NCBI RefSeq assembly: GCF_009914755.1
Contig: NC_060926.1
Length of the DNA stretch: 64,000 nucleotides
Source of the DNA: the human T2T-CHM13v2.0 reference genome, Homo sapiens
Reading direction: 5' to 3' (one strand)
A program made the position numbers and the translations under genes. Under the pieces are notes generated by a model that saw only the letters and a list, made by a program, of their open reading frames with translations, did no database searches and had not been told where the DNA came from. This document shows positions 30,200-42,480 of this stretch, piece after piece; position 1 is the first letter of the stretch, and every line of letters starts with the position of its first letter.

Positions 30200-30513
30200 C
30201 CCATTTGCTCCTCTATCACCTGTCCACATGCTGAGACTCCTGTCCATGTGAACCTTTCAGGGCTGCACTTCTCTGTGCTATTTAAGACCCATTGTGAAGT
30301 TTCTGGGCCAGAATAGGACATAAGAGTCTCAGCCAGGCTCTCCATGGCCCATTTGCTAGATGTCCTGCTCATACATTGCCCACCTAGCCTCTTGCAGCCT
30401 TCCGGAACTATGGCCAAGGATGATGGCTGCCAAACTTCTCTGTTCTCTAGCCCTCCAACTCCTCTGCAGTGACATGGGCTCCAAGGACCTGCCTTTGAAG
30501 CAGTTTGCACCAT
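30200..30513 (-). CDS. Candidate first exon: 105-codon ORF in unique DNA ending at a splice donor (only the last ATG may be used)
   Basis: ORF MVQTASK...EEQMG ends at ATGGG|GTGAGG, with its stop inside the donor; no repeat recognised; product not recognised. Confidence 0.4.
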
Positions 30514-31430
30514 GGCCCTCTCAGGCCTGTTGACTTTTCTGCTCTTCTTGCTGCTTCTCTGTCTCTCTCTCTCTCTCTCCTCCTTACTCTGAGCCTGCCC
30601 TCGGCCCAGAGGACGTTTCTGTAGTCCAAGAGCAGGAAAGTAGGGACAGAAGCTCTTCTGTGTTGACCTGGAGCATTCCCCTCAGAGGCACTCCCACTTC
30701 CACCATCTTCATGCTTTCCTATTACACCTCACCCCACCCAGGGCACCTCACTGCTTCCCATCATGGGCCAGGCTCCAGAAACAGGAAGCCAGTGACTAGC
30801 AGGTTACCCCGCCTTTTCAAGCTCCTCCCCAAGGCAATGAACACAGATGGGAATCTAGCCAGCAGAGGAAGGAGGGGTAATAAGGAGGGAAGTGGGAATT
30901 ATTAGAGGGGTTTTATTTAAATGGTGAAGCTTTCAATAAATATAATTTTTTCCAAAGGCAAATCATTTGCACCAAGCCAGAAGCCTAGAAAATGTTTAAC
31001 ACTAAAAAAGAAAGGACACCACATGGGGTCAAAGAACACATACGAAGATGTAAGTCATGCTAGTTACATGGACAGGTGGGAAATGGGAAGGGAGGAAAAG
31101 AAGGGCTATGTTCATCTCTCTGTCTGGTGACTTCCTCGCCCTCTCTCCCCACTGTCTGGGTCTCACTTTACCTGGGCCCTGGCATGCTGCCTTGGCCCAC
31201 TCCTGCCATCAGGAAGAAGCTGCTGGGCCCTGGGAGCTCCTGAGCCCTCTCTGCATGATTTGGGCACACACCTGGGGAGGGGCATAGTCTCCACTTGCTC
31301 CAGCAGGAAGGGAAGCCTGCGGGGACCCATGCCACACCTGAAAAACGTGGCCCTCTAGAAGGAGGTTGGGAATCTCAGGAAGTGGCGGGTGCATTATCTT
31401 TCGTGCAAAAATAGCACGCTAGTAATAAAA
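30270..31430 (-). promoter_or_regulatory. Candidate non-CpG-island promoter region
   Basis: Repeat-free and locally GC-richer; TTAAATAG (TATA/MEF2-like) near 30278-30285 about 80 nt above the donor; GA tract 30555-30580; TTTAAATAAAA near 30911-30921. Confidence 0.35.
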
Positions 31431-32594
31431 AAAAACAACACAAGACTTGAATTATTTAACTGCTTTACTCTCTTCAAGTTTCTCCTTAATTCTCACATTC
31501 AAAAGTTAGCTATTACTAATTCTATTTAACTGTAAAGAAATTGAGATCAGCAAGACAGGGATTTGGTATTTGAGTTAAGATATTCTGATTCTAGTATCAG
31601 TGACCTTTCCACTACAATATGGCAAAGTGGATGTGTCTAAGTAGAAGAGAATACAAATCTGAACGATTTTCTGGACTGGTATAAGCAATCAATTTACTTT
31701 ATTCTTTTCTTCAATAGAGCGTCTTGACTGAGAGAAAAAAAAAAAAGGACGATTTTTTACTTCTCCATTTTGTTCCAAATATAAAGAAAGGTGATGCCAG
31801 CAGGAAAGATTAGAATGTTCACATGAGATTTCTGTTTGCTTGCTTTCTTTTTTCTTTTTAATAAAAACTGGTAATTGAAGGTGCCAAAGAAAATCTTAGA
31901 GGTATTTCTGTGGCTGAATTTGTTCATCTGAGCATACTGCCAATTAACTCAATTGGCAGAGCATCCAGGGAGCAAAGTTTCCCAGGCCAGGTGAGGCAAA
32001 GTCAGCTTTAGACAACAGGGGAAGCAGCTTGGGATACAATTTCCTTCCCTCACAAGAAAGTCAACTCTTTAAAAGCACCAGGTTGATCGTGAGCTATTTG
32101 GCATCTTTATTCAGTTTACGAAGGCCAGTCCTGCTCACACTGCCCTGTTCTATGGCTGAGGCACTCTGGACAGAAAGATAGACCTGCTTTAGAAGAAGGA
32201 TTTTCTTGCTAACTAGAGGTTCCCTAAGTGGGAGCTGATTTTTTTTTTTTGCAAACCGGACAACGACTCCATAAATATACCAAGCAGTGGCTGAAGACAG
32301 AATATTTACCATTTCTCCATGTTTTGCTCTATAATTTCTGAAGTATATATAGACACTATTATGAATTAATAAAATACAAATTCACTTAAAAGCATTCTCT
32401 AGTTCATAATAGTGTTTGGTCTTATGTACTTGGGCAATAAAATGATGCTTTTAATAGAAAAGTAAAAGTTTTATCCTTTGAGAAGACAGTAATAATGGTT
32501 TACATTATAAAAGAAACTTAACCCTCAGAAATGCTGGGAATCATTGATGCAAGTTACCCAGATGATCCATGCTCAAAACATCTTGGAAACAAAA

Positions 32595-34145
32595 AGATTA
32601 AAACTGATCTTGGAATATTCCCCAAGCTGATCTACAAATCAATGCATTCCTTGTCAAAATCCCAGCTGGCTTTTTTTTTTTTTTTGCATAAACTGACAAA
32701 GTTATCCTAAAATTCATACAGAAATGCAAGGAATCCAAAATAGCCAAAACAATCTTGAAAAGGAAGAGCAAAGTTGGAGGACTCACACTTCCCAATTTCA
32801 AAACCTACTACAAAGTTTCAGTGATTAAGATTGTGTGGTACTGGCATAAGGATAGACATATAGATCAGTGGAATAGAATTGAGAATCCAGAAATAAATCT
32901 TCACATTTACAGTCAATTGATTTTTACGAAGGGTGTGAAGAATGGGGAAAGAATAGTCTTTTCAACAAATGGTACTGGGACAACTGTCTATTCACATGCA
33001 AGAGGATTTTTGGACCCCTACCTCACACTATATATAAAAATGAAGTCAAAATGGATAATATACCTAAACATAAAAGCTAAAACTGTAAAACTCTTAGAAA
33101 AAAACATAGAAGTACATCTTTGTAGCCTTGGATTAGGCAATGGTTTCTTAGATTGGTCATCAAAAGCACAAGCAACAAAAGAAAAAATAGGCAAATGGGA
33201 TATCATCAAGGTTACAAACTGTTTTCACTTCCAAAAACACCATCAAAAAGGTGAAAAAACAACCCACAGAATGAGAGGACATATTTGCATAATATATACT
33301 GTCTGATAGGAAACTAGAATTCAGAATATATAAAGAACACTTACAACTTAACCCAAAAAGCAAATAACCTAATTTTTAAATGGGCAAAGGATTTGATAGA
33401 CATTTCTTCAGAGAAGACATTGTACAGATAGCTAATGAGTACAAGAAAAAATAGTCAACATCATTAGCGTTGAAGGAAATGCAAATCAAAACCACAATGA
33501 AGGACCACCTTATACTCACTAGGACAACCAGAATCAAAAAGACAGACAATAACAAGTGTTAGCAAGAATGTCGAGAAATGGAAACCTTCATACATTGCTG
33601 GTAGGATTGCAAACAGCATAGCTGCTTTGGAAAGCAGTTTGCCAGTCCTTCAAAATGTTAAATGCAGTTATCCTATGACCCAGAAATTTCATGCCGAGGT
33701 ATGTACCCAAGCAAAAGCACATATCCTCGCAAAACTCATACACAAATCTTCATAATATCATTAACTATAATAGTCAAAAAGTGGAAATAACCGAAACATT
33801 CATCAACTGAGGAAAAGATAAACCAAATATGGTATATACATATAATGGACTGTTATTAGGCAATAAAAAGAAATGAAGCACTGATGCATGCTAAAACATT
33901 AATGAACCTTTAAAACAGTATTGCAAGTGAAAGAAGCCAGTCACAAAAGGCCACATTTTGCCTTACTACACTTTTATGCAATGTCAGGAATAGACAAATT
34001 CATAAAGATAGAGAATAGATTAGTGGTTATCAAGGGCTGGGGCTGACTGCTAATGGATATGAGATGTCTCCTGGGGTGATGAAAATGCTGAAATTTGGTA
34101 GTGGTAGTGGCTGCATAATTCTGTAAATATACCAAAAATTACTAA
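32595..34145 (+). mobile_element. L1MB-type 3' 1.5 kb
   Basis: ORF 32755 (GGLTLPNFKTYYK..VWYWHKDRHIDQWNRIE) is degraded ORF2; 3' UTR GAAAGAAGCCAGTCACAAAAGGCCACA. Confidence 0.93.
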
Positions 34146-34151
34146 GTTGTG

Positions 34152-34362
34152 CAGAGGTGAGCAAACATTTTCTGTGAAGGATCAGTTAGTAGATATTTTA
34201 GGCTGTTGGGCCCATATGATCTTGTTAGACCTACTCTGCCATTGTAGAACAAAAGCAGCCATAGACAATATGTAAATGAGTGTGCATGGTTGTGTTTAAA
34301 TAAAACTTTATTTACAACAGGCAGCATCTTCACCCTCACAGGTATAGTTTGCCAAACCTTAC
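34152..34362 (+). mobile_element. MER58A (hAT-Charlie)
   Basis: CAGAGGTGAGCAAACATTTTCTGT, AAAGCAGCCATAGACAATATGTAAATGAG, ATAGTTTGCCAAACC. Confidence 0.9.
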
Positions 34363-36070
34363 TGTAGACAATGAAAGCTTTTGAGGCAGGGGCCATGCTT
34401 TATTCATTTCTATGTCTCTAATGGCCTAGCCAGTAGGGAGAACTCAATATATGCTTACTTGAACTAGACAGAAATGCCCTTGCACCATCTCCCACTCTTG
34501 CACAAAGGAAAGTACTAGCATTTCCCATTCCTCTCAGCCTTTGGCAGCACCTAGGGCTGTAGTGACCAGCTGTATGCTGGTTGGCTGCAGAAGAAGTCCT
34601 GTCACCACAGACAGCTGAGCCTAACATTGCAAAGAAGGGGACAGAAATAGAATAAGTTCAAGTGCTAAAGATTAAAACATGGAGCCCATTTAACACTTGA
34701 ATTGCCTCATTCCTCAAAGAGCAGAGCTGTGGTCTAAGTGTCTCAAGAACTACCCTGCCTAGAGCTGTAATCTTAGTGCAGACACAAGCACCCCTAACAG
34801 ATCTATCACATCAAGAGGAAACAGAGTCTGTGGTTCTTGTCTGAGAAAGGGCTTCAACCTACTGTTCTAAACCTAGTTAATAAGGCTCTGCTACAGTCTT
34901 TACCTATAAAGCTCATCTGCAATATTTGTTCAACTTCTCCAAGGAGGGAGCATGGATAAATTATAGCATTTGCCATCCTGACTTAATGGGGTTGCTTCAA
35001 ATTGTGCATGTTCTAAAACTATTTGCTCCAGCACAGCCTAAAAAGGGAGATGGAGTGATGAGATTTGTATTGCATTCAGGGCAGTGAGGGAAAATATGCC
35101 CTATTTTCCCTCTCTGGGTTTTCCCTGTGATGGACAATGGGGATGCTCCATTGATCATTTCTGCTCTTATGCATTCGCAGGTCTCAGCTGTCCCCAAATA
35201 ACAGCCCTGCTGCCCTCCCTTTGGGAAAACATCACAGCGTGAGCAACAAGGACAAGCTTTGAGCTTTCTTCCAGTGGTGGGGATAGATATGTCTTCCATA
35301 CCCTCTGGCCTATTTAGAGCTTAGTGACCTAAGTACATTGGCTTATTATAGACACGGTTGAAGCTGGAAATAATTACAGATATATAACTACTCATTTCTA
35401 TAACACTGTATTCCAGTTGCTGGATACTCAAGTGGAGAATATGATGGGAGATGTAATAAAGGGAGCATGTTAAGGAGTCTTCTAGGCAGCAGCACATGTC
35501 AGATAGAAAAGATGTTACAAGCTATGCTTCTTTTCTTTGCATGAGGCTAATTTATATGTTTATAATGAGAAACAGAGTATGAGGTTTGGAAGATATACTT
35601 ATTCAGTATATTGATCTGTGTGTTTTTATTGTCTTTTTAAAGTTTCAGACATCAGAGGGAAAAACCATCAAGTCTATTACTCATTGAGCTAGAAGGGACA
35701 TGAGAAGTACCTGTTTCTGGTATCCTTTATATAGCCCCCTGGGAGCAAAGATAAATAGATCACAAGCTGACAACTGGAACCAAAAAGGCTGTCTTAGTTT
35801 CAGATGAGTACGCACAACTCAGTAACTCTTCATGGCTGTGATGCTCTAAAATCACCAACTGGACTCCTTGCTGCATCCCAGTGGACAGCATTTCAGAAAA
35901 TGGTACTTAGGGGATCAGGTAAGTAGAAAGCATGGACACAGGGATAGAGTTTCCCCATCGAAGCTGTTAAGTGCCTTGCAAATATTTTTACTTATAGAAT
36001 TCCCAGCTTCAAAAAAAAAACCATGTCATTATGGGAATTTGCCTCAAAAAATTAAAAACAAAAGGCTGTG

Positions 36071-36448
36071 TGATGTGGTTAGGCTTTGTGTCCCCACCCA
36101 AATCTCATCTTGATTTGTAATCCCCATAATCCCCACATGTCAAGGGAGAGACCAGGTGGAGGTAATTGAATCAGAGGGCAGTTTCCCTCACGCTGTTCTT
36201 GTGATAGTGAGTGAGTTCTCACAAGGTCTGATGGTTTTATAAGGGGCTCTTCCCTGCTTCGCTCAGCACTTCTCCTTCCTGCTGCCTATGAAGAAGGTCT
36301 CTTGCTTCCTCTTTGCTTTCCACCATAATTGTAAGTTTCCTGAGGCCTCCCCAGCCATGCTAAGCTGTGAGTCAATTAAACCTCTTTCATTTATAAATTA
36401 CCCAGGCTCAGGAAGTTCTTTAGAGTAGTATGAAAATGGACTAATACA
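36071..36448 (+). mobile_element. THE1 (D-like) solo LTR
   Basis: TGATGTGGTTAGGCTTTGTGTCCCCACCC...GGACTAATACA; perfect TSD CTGTG (36066-36070 and 36449-36453). Confidence 0.96.
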
Positions 36449-36451
36449 CTG

Positions 36452-36875
36452 TGTCATTAGGACACTTTCAGTTGCAAGAAAGTGAACTTACTGAGAAGTT
36501 TAAACTATAAGTTATCAGTTCATATAACAAGAAGACTAGAGGTAGGAAGGGGACTAGGCATGCTGCATTACAGTCACAGCTTCGTAGCTCTGCAATTCCT
36601 TCCATTACCTCCTGTGCTGGCTTCATCCATAGGCTTGTAGTAAGATAATGACAGCTAGTCAATCCATCCTCTGGCAATCTCAGAATTCAAAGAGCATAGG
36701 TCCAATATGCAAATGCCTATCAGGCCTCTAATTTATCCCTATTTAATTTGTTCATATTATTGGCCAAAGCAAGTCACCTTGCCAAGCCCAGAGTCCAATA
36801 TGGGAGACAATGCACAAGAGCATGAATACTGAGAGACACGGTCCCTTGGGGGCCATGAATGGAAAAGTCTACCAA
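36452..36875 (-). mobile_element. Old MLT1 (H/I/J-type) LTR
   Basis: TTTCAGTTGCAAG, ATTGGCCAAAGCAAGTCAC, GCATGAATACTGAGAG. Confidence 0.65.
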
Positions 36876-37980
36876 TGAGGCCATAGTCACATCTCACTTC
36901 CCCTCCTGACCCCCAAAATTTGTCATCTTGTAGTCTCATCTGGCCCTGATCCTGTGTCCCAGTTCTGCTCATGGTGCTTTTGCCATCTTCAGTGAACTAT
37001 CACCTTTAGCAGCTTTCTCTATATCCACAACCTAGCCCACAGATAACTTACAAAAGCAGCAACACCATGTTCTCTTCAGTCCAGGACTTTTTTTTTTCAG
37101 ATTCTACCTCCTTCATTTTTCTTTGAAGTTTTCCTCTCTCATCTGCTTATCCTTCTTTCTATCTGTAAATGTTACCATGTCACCCTTTCTGCCTAGCCTC
37201 TTCCAAATGACAACTGCTACTTAGAACAAGCTGCTTGATTTTTATTATGGGGCTTCAACCCAAATTCTGCCCTTTAGATTGCCTTTTTTATTTCTATGCA
37301 TCAAAGACGACCTGTAAGTGATGCCTACCCTGGACTCCATCTGGGCGTCTGGGTCCAACACCCTTGACTGCTTGCTGAGGACAGCACTCAGGCATCTATA
37401 TTTGACTCATGGTCTTGAGTCCTTGACTTGGAACTCATTTGCGACCCCAGTTCCTCTAGGAACTCCTCCTCCCTCCAAAAGACTTGAGTTCCATCCTGAA
37501 GCCCAGCCCAGAAGTGAAGATTTTGCTATAGACTGACACACTCCCCCAGTACTAAGATGCCCAACATCCCAGATGCTGGACCCCATCACTTTCCACTGTC
37601 TTCTTAGGACACCCTGACACTTCATGTATGGACAAGACACTCAAAACAGCTTAAGCAGGAGATGGAGATTCATGGGATCACGTAATCAAACCATAGGAAA
37701 CGGAAACTCGTCTCCAAAATGGACACAGGAACTGGAACAGAGCCAGGCCTGCTTTCCAGCCCTGCCTCTCACCGTGGCTGTTTATAAATGTCAGCTTCAC
37801 CTTCACTCTCTAAAGACAGTTTCCTCCAGTGGCAGGAACCATGGCCACTGATGGCTCTAGAATCTCCAGTGGGTATGAATTTCAACAGCTGAATAAAAAG
37901 CCCTTAGGTTTCTACCAGAGCACATGATTTTATGCCAAACCACTTAGCAATAGAGAGACAAGAAAGACAGAGGCTTATAG

Positions 37981-38462
37981 CGAGAAAGAAAAGAAACTTT
38001 CTATCTGAGGAATGTGAACCTCCTTTAAATTATCAGGCCCAGTGAGGCATGAGAATGAGGCTACAGTCACATCCCACTTCCCCTCCTGAGCTAAGTAATC
38101 ATCTCTTGAATTTGCTTGCTATGTGGACTCTAGGCCTTTTCTCACAAGTAGCTCAAAATTAACCTAATGACACCACATGATAGATATCATTAGGTCATAA
38201 TCTATATGTCAACAATGTATAGGCAATAACTAATGAATGACATTTCTGTAAACCAAAGAGAATTCCTGACAAGCAACTTTGTATCATCCCCCTACATATC
38301 CCCTTGCTTTTGCCTTTAAAAACCTGCTGGTAACAAAGGCCAAACAGAGCTCCTATCCAAGATCACTTGGGCCTGAATCTTCTGAGCAGCTGTCCTCATC
38401 TTGGCCCAAATAAACTCTTTACTTACATTAATTTTGCCTCAGTTTCTTCCTTTAGGTTGACA
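37981..38462 (+). mobile_element. ERV1 (MER4-group, LTR24/LTR36-like) solo LTR
   Basis: TATCTGAGGAATG, TTTAAATTATCAGGCCCAG, CCCAAATAAACTCT, terminal TTTAGGTTGACA; flanks ATAG/GTAG. Confidence 0.8.
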
Positions 38463-38714
38463 GTAGCTTCTTTAATAACATTTTTTTAAATTTCTTTTCC
38501 CACACTGTTTTGACCTGTAGAAAACAAGGGAGAACAGAAACAGGAAGGTGAATAACAAGCAGGTGAAGCCCACAGGACATCCGGGTCCTGGGCAAACAAG
38601 CCCACGGGGCCTCGATGCACTCTTTACGGGGTTCACAGGTGGTGGGGCAAGACCCATGAAGCTGTCTCCACCTTGAGAAGGCTTGGGAGATGCTTTTACA
38701 CCCTTGTTTGGGTG

Positions 38715-39035
38715 CATAAATCCAAAAGCCCTTATCCATGACCTTTGGAATCAGATGAGTTTAAGCACTTTTCAGATTTTTAAAACAAAATACAGGGTAG
38801 TATACAAGATATACTCCTCATGGAGTATAGAACAGCCCCCATAGTCAAATTCATTAAACACTTTATGGTTAAAATATATACATATTCACACTTTTTAGGA
38901 TAATTAATGTTTATATAGACACTCCTGTTAGTTTAGGTCAGGTCAGGTTTTGCTACTAAATGCATAATATAAAAAAAAAAGTTGGTTTTCAGAGTTTGGA
39001 GATTTAAGAATGATGGTTAAGAGATTGTGGGTCTA
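38715..39035 (-). mobile_element. Ancient Tigger-type MITE (MamRep434-like)
   Basis: CCCTTATCC at the left and GGTTAAGAGATTGTGGGTCT at the right as degenerate TIRs; GGTTTTCAGAG motif. Confidence 0.6.
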
Positions 39036-39269
39036 CACAAGAGATGTTGAAAGTGATAACTAAAAGCCTGGACTATTGGTTCCCAGGGTTAGAGACCAAC
39101 TCTGACCAGAGCTGGAGTCTGTGAGTGATTGAGCCTTGTGCCTGCTCCTGTGTCCCGTGCCCCTACTGCCAGCCACGCCTCCCCATTCGGAGCACTGCAG
39201 AGCAACCTTTCCCCATACTTCCCACCTCACTGCTACCATCTGTCTAAGAACCTACTTGCAAAAAGGAAC

Positions 39270-39609
39270 TGAAACCAGCCCAACTGTCCCACAGAACTGA
39301 TGTTTATGGTCTTTTTTTATTAAACTTAGATTTTATTTTATTAAACTTTTGATTGCTTCCTTACCCCTTTCTAATTATTTCCTCTTCACAATTCCCACCA
39401 CTCTACCCACCACAGGCAGCTACATTCTTTCCCTGCTATATAAACCACCAATTTTAGTTGGTTGGAGGGACAAATATAAGACTTACCTCCCAGCTCCTCA
39501 GCTGTAGCACCCAAAAAAGCCTTCTTCCCTGGCAATACTTGTCTCAGTGATTGGCTTTCTGTACAGTAAGCAATGAAACCTAGATCAGACCCCTGGCATG
39601 TTAGTAATA
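39270..39609 (+). mobile_element. ERV1 solo LTR (MER39/MER50-group), internally deleted
   Basis: TGAAACCAGCCCAACTGTCCCA start, TATATAAA box, GTGATTGGCTTTCTGT; TSD GAAC (39266-39269 and 39610-39613). Confidence 0.85.
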
Positions 39610-39627
39610 GAACCTACATTTACAATT

Positions 39628-40196
39628 GTGAATCTGAAATAATCAAAAGGATCAGAATCCAGTTTTAAAGAGTTTATTCACACAAAAATCTGAAAATATC
39701 CATCCTAAAAACATGGACTCCAGAGTAACGGGGTCAGTGCACCAGAGGTAAAAGTTCTTGCTTATACAGGCAGAAAACAAAGAAATTTAGTAGGATTATA
39801 ACATTTTCTATACAAGACTGGTTTATGAGTTACAACTTAGTTACAGTTTGTTGTCCTTTCCATACAGCTTATTTTCATTTCCTTTCCAATTTAAAAGAGT
39901 GTACTTAACATTCCATCTTAGGCAATGAAATAATGAAGTCTTTATGTGAGAAAAGTAAGAGAGAAGTTAATCCATAATGACAATCAACATAGAAAATAAG
40001 TCTTCCCTGGGGCTCTTTAGTCATTTACAACATTTTACTAACCCGTGTAGGTAAGGAAAAGAGCTAATCTATAATCAGAGAAACAAAGGTTATAGCTCCC
40101 TGTTTACCTGAGTCAGGTCCCATAATCACATTCTCTTGAGGCTCAGAATATTTTAAGATTCCAACAGCTTAAATTTTGAATTACTTATTTTGAAAT
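39628..40196 (-). mobile_element. ERV1 solo LTR (MER72/LTR51-like)
   Basis: TGAAATAATCAAAAGGATCAGAATCCAGTTTTAAAGAGTTTATT (antisense poly(A) signal) through TTTTGAATTACTTATTTT. Confidence 0.75.
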
Positions 40197-40687
40197 AGTG
40201 GATCACTCACCTCCTGGTAAGAAGCCATCAGTCTCACTACCACCTGGCCCTACATTTCTGTTTCCCTAGATCATTACAGGATGTCCACAACCACAGTTCT
40301 TTTCTCTCCACCTGGACTCTCGCCCTCACAAAGTTCTGAACATCTCATAATAGAACCCAAATTCCTACCCCTTCAAACTATTTCACTGTGACTTCTGAAA
40401 CTCATGGCCTATCATCAGCAAAATACCATCTGTCCTTAACCTTTCTCTGAATGTTCATTTCCAGTATGAAAGAGGAGAGCCTTATCTTCTTCTCTGAGTG
40501 TTTCCTTCTATTTCTTGCTCTGCTGAAGCCAGGCTCTTCCCTGAGGACACTTCTACCCACCCAACACCCCCACACAGCCCCCTCAAGATTTGTTTTATCT
40601 CACTCCTCTGCTACCACTGAGTTTGTGAGTGGGAAGTTGTCCCACTTCTCATTGCTATTTTCAGAACTCCATTCCTCCCCTATAAAC

Positions 40688-41569
40688 TGTTATGATAATA
40701 TTTATAATAAGAAATACATATTTGGTCTTCACCTCCTTTTCTTGAAACACAGCTCCTAAGACTCTTGGAGTCTCCAAAGTGATGGTCTTTTTGTATGCTA
40801 ATGAGATGACTGGTGGCTGGAGGCTCCTGGGTAGCCTCAGGGTGGGGCTAGCTGTCCAGGAAACCAACCACATCATGAGAAGTTTGAAACGTTCAACCCC
40901 AACCCTGGAGGTGGCTCCAGGGAGGAGACAGGCTGAAGGTCAAATTGATCACCAACGTTCAATGGTTTAGTCAATCATGCATGTGTAATGAAGCCTCCAT
41001 AAAAAAAACACAAAAAAACAAACAAAAAAAAAAGAAACAGGATTTAGAGAGCTCGTAGGTTGCTGAAAGTGTGAAGGTTCTGAGAAAGGGCACAGAAGCT
41101 CTGCCCCTCCCCCCTTACCTTGCCCTATATACCTCTTCATCTTGCCATTAATCTATATCCTTTGTAATATCCTTTATACTAGAAGGGTAAACATAAGTAA
41201 AGAGTTTCCCTGAGTTCTGTGATCTGCCATAGCAAATCAACCCCTAAGGGGGTCTTGGGAATGCCCAATTTATAGCCTGTTGGTCAGCAGCACAGGTCTC
41301 AACTCGGGACTTACAACTGGCATCTGGAGTAGAGGGCAGTCTTGTGGGATGGAGCCCTCAATCTGTGGGATCTGATACTGTCTCCAGGTAGGTAGTGTCA
41401 GAATTGAATTAAATTGGAGGATGCCCAGCTGATGTCTGCTGAAGAACTGGTTTGGGGTTGGGAGAAACTCCTGTACATTTTGGTGCCTAGAGGTGAAATA
41501 TTCTGTGTTGAGTATTGAGTGAGTGTGTAAAAATAGGAAAAAACAGTTTGGTTCTTCCTATCTTTTCCA
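40688..41569 (+). mobile_element. MER21 (B-like) solo LTR
   Basis: TTTGTATGCTAATGAGATGACTGGTGGCTGG, AGTGTCAGAATTGAATTAAATTGGAGG; TSD TAAAC (40683-40687 and 41570-41574). Confidence 0.9.
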
Positions 41570-41579
41570 TAAACCACCC

Positions 41580-42480
41580 CCACACACAGCTTCTGTGAAG
41601 CTTATGCACTGTTCAATCTCTCTGTTGCTCCTTTTTGTAGGAGACACTTAAAGGTCTCCAAGCTACTCTGCTCCGTTTCCCTCTCTCTCCCTCTAAGACC
41701 ACTCTTGTACTAACACTTGATGATTTCAGTATTCATGCAGATGACACCTCGAGGGTCTTTATCTCTCAGTTTCTTGATCTTCTCATCTCCAATTATTTTG
41801 TCCACCCTACCTCTGCTCTCCCCGACCTTATTCTATGGCATTGCCACTTATTGCCCTCCTTCACAATCTGTGTTTCACATATCCTATTTTCCAAACATCA
41901 TCTTTTATCTCCCCAGCTTACTCCCCCTGTACTGGAATACCAATGATTCTTAGCCCACACTAGGATGTTTATCACTGCCATCATTGCGCTGTCCACTTGT
42001 ACCCTAAGCTTTCTTATTAGGCTCTGTGGTCCATTGTTATCATCAGTCCTTTGAAGACACCATCAACTCCTTTGCTCCTCTCTTCCTCTGTCACAGTCAC
42101 CTGGCAGAAAACCCAGCCCTGGTTAAATCTGACTTTCTGCCTGTGCCACACCCACACAACTGAAAGTGTCCAGAGAAAAAGCATGCAGCTAGGACGACTT
42201 GTCTCCATGTAAACTCATGACAAAAACCTCCAGCGTGCCTGTAGTGCTGTTTGTCCCTCCAACCACATTCCCTCAGTCAATTCACACCCCTGCTCCATGA
42301 TGAGTAATTCACACCCTCTCTCTTCTCAAATTGCCCACCCTCTTCCCATTCCTACTCTCCACCAAAGACCTTCCCTTTTATGTCACAGAGAAAATAGGAA
42401 CAAGCCAAAAAGAACTTTCATGTGCTTCCGTGTGTTTTTCTCACCTTCGCTTGCTCATACTCACGTTCTCCTTCATTCCA
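41580..42480 (+). mobile_element. L2 body fragment (continues 40330-40680)
   Basis: C/T-rich; CCTGGCAGAAAACCCAGCCCTGGTTAAATC and TCACAGAGAAAATAGG L2 motifs. Confidence 0.75.

Noticed and set aside
30196-30513. Assigning a gene symbol to the 105-aa ORF
   Set aside because: I could not match the peptide or the joined exons to any protein I reliably recall, so the symbol is left blank.
32755-33306. 183-aa ORF (also 24399-24824)
   Set aside because: Degraded L1 ORF2 fragments.
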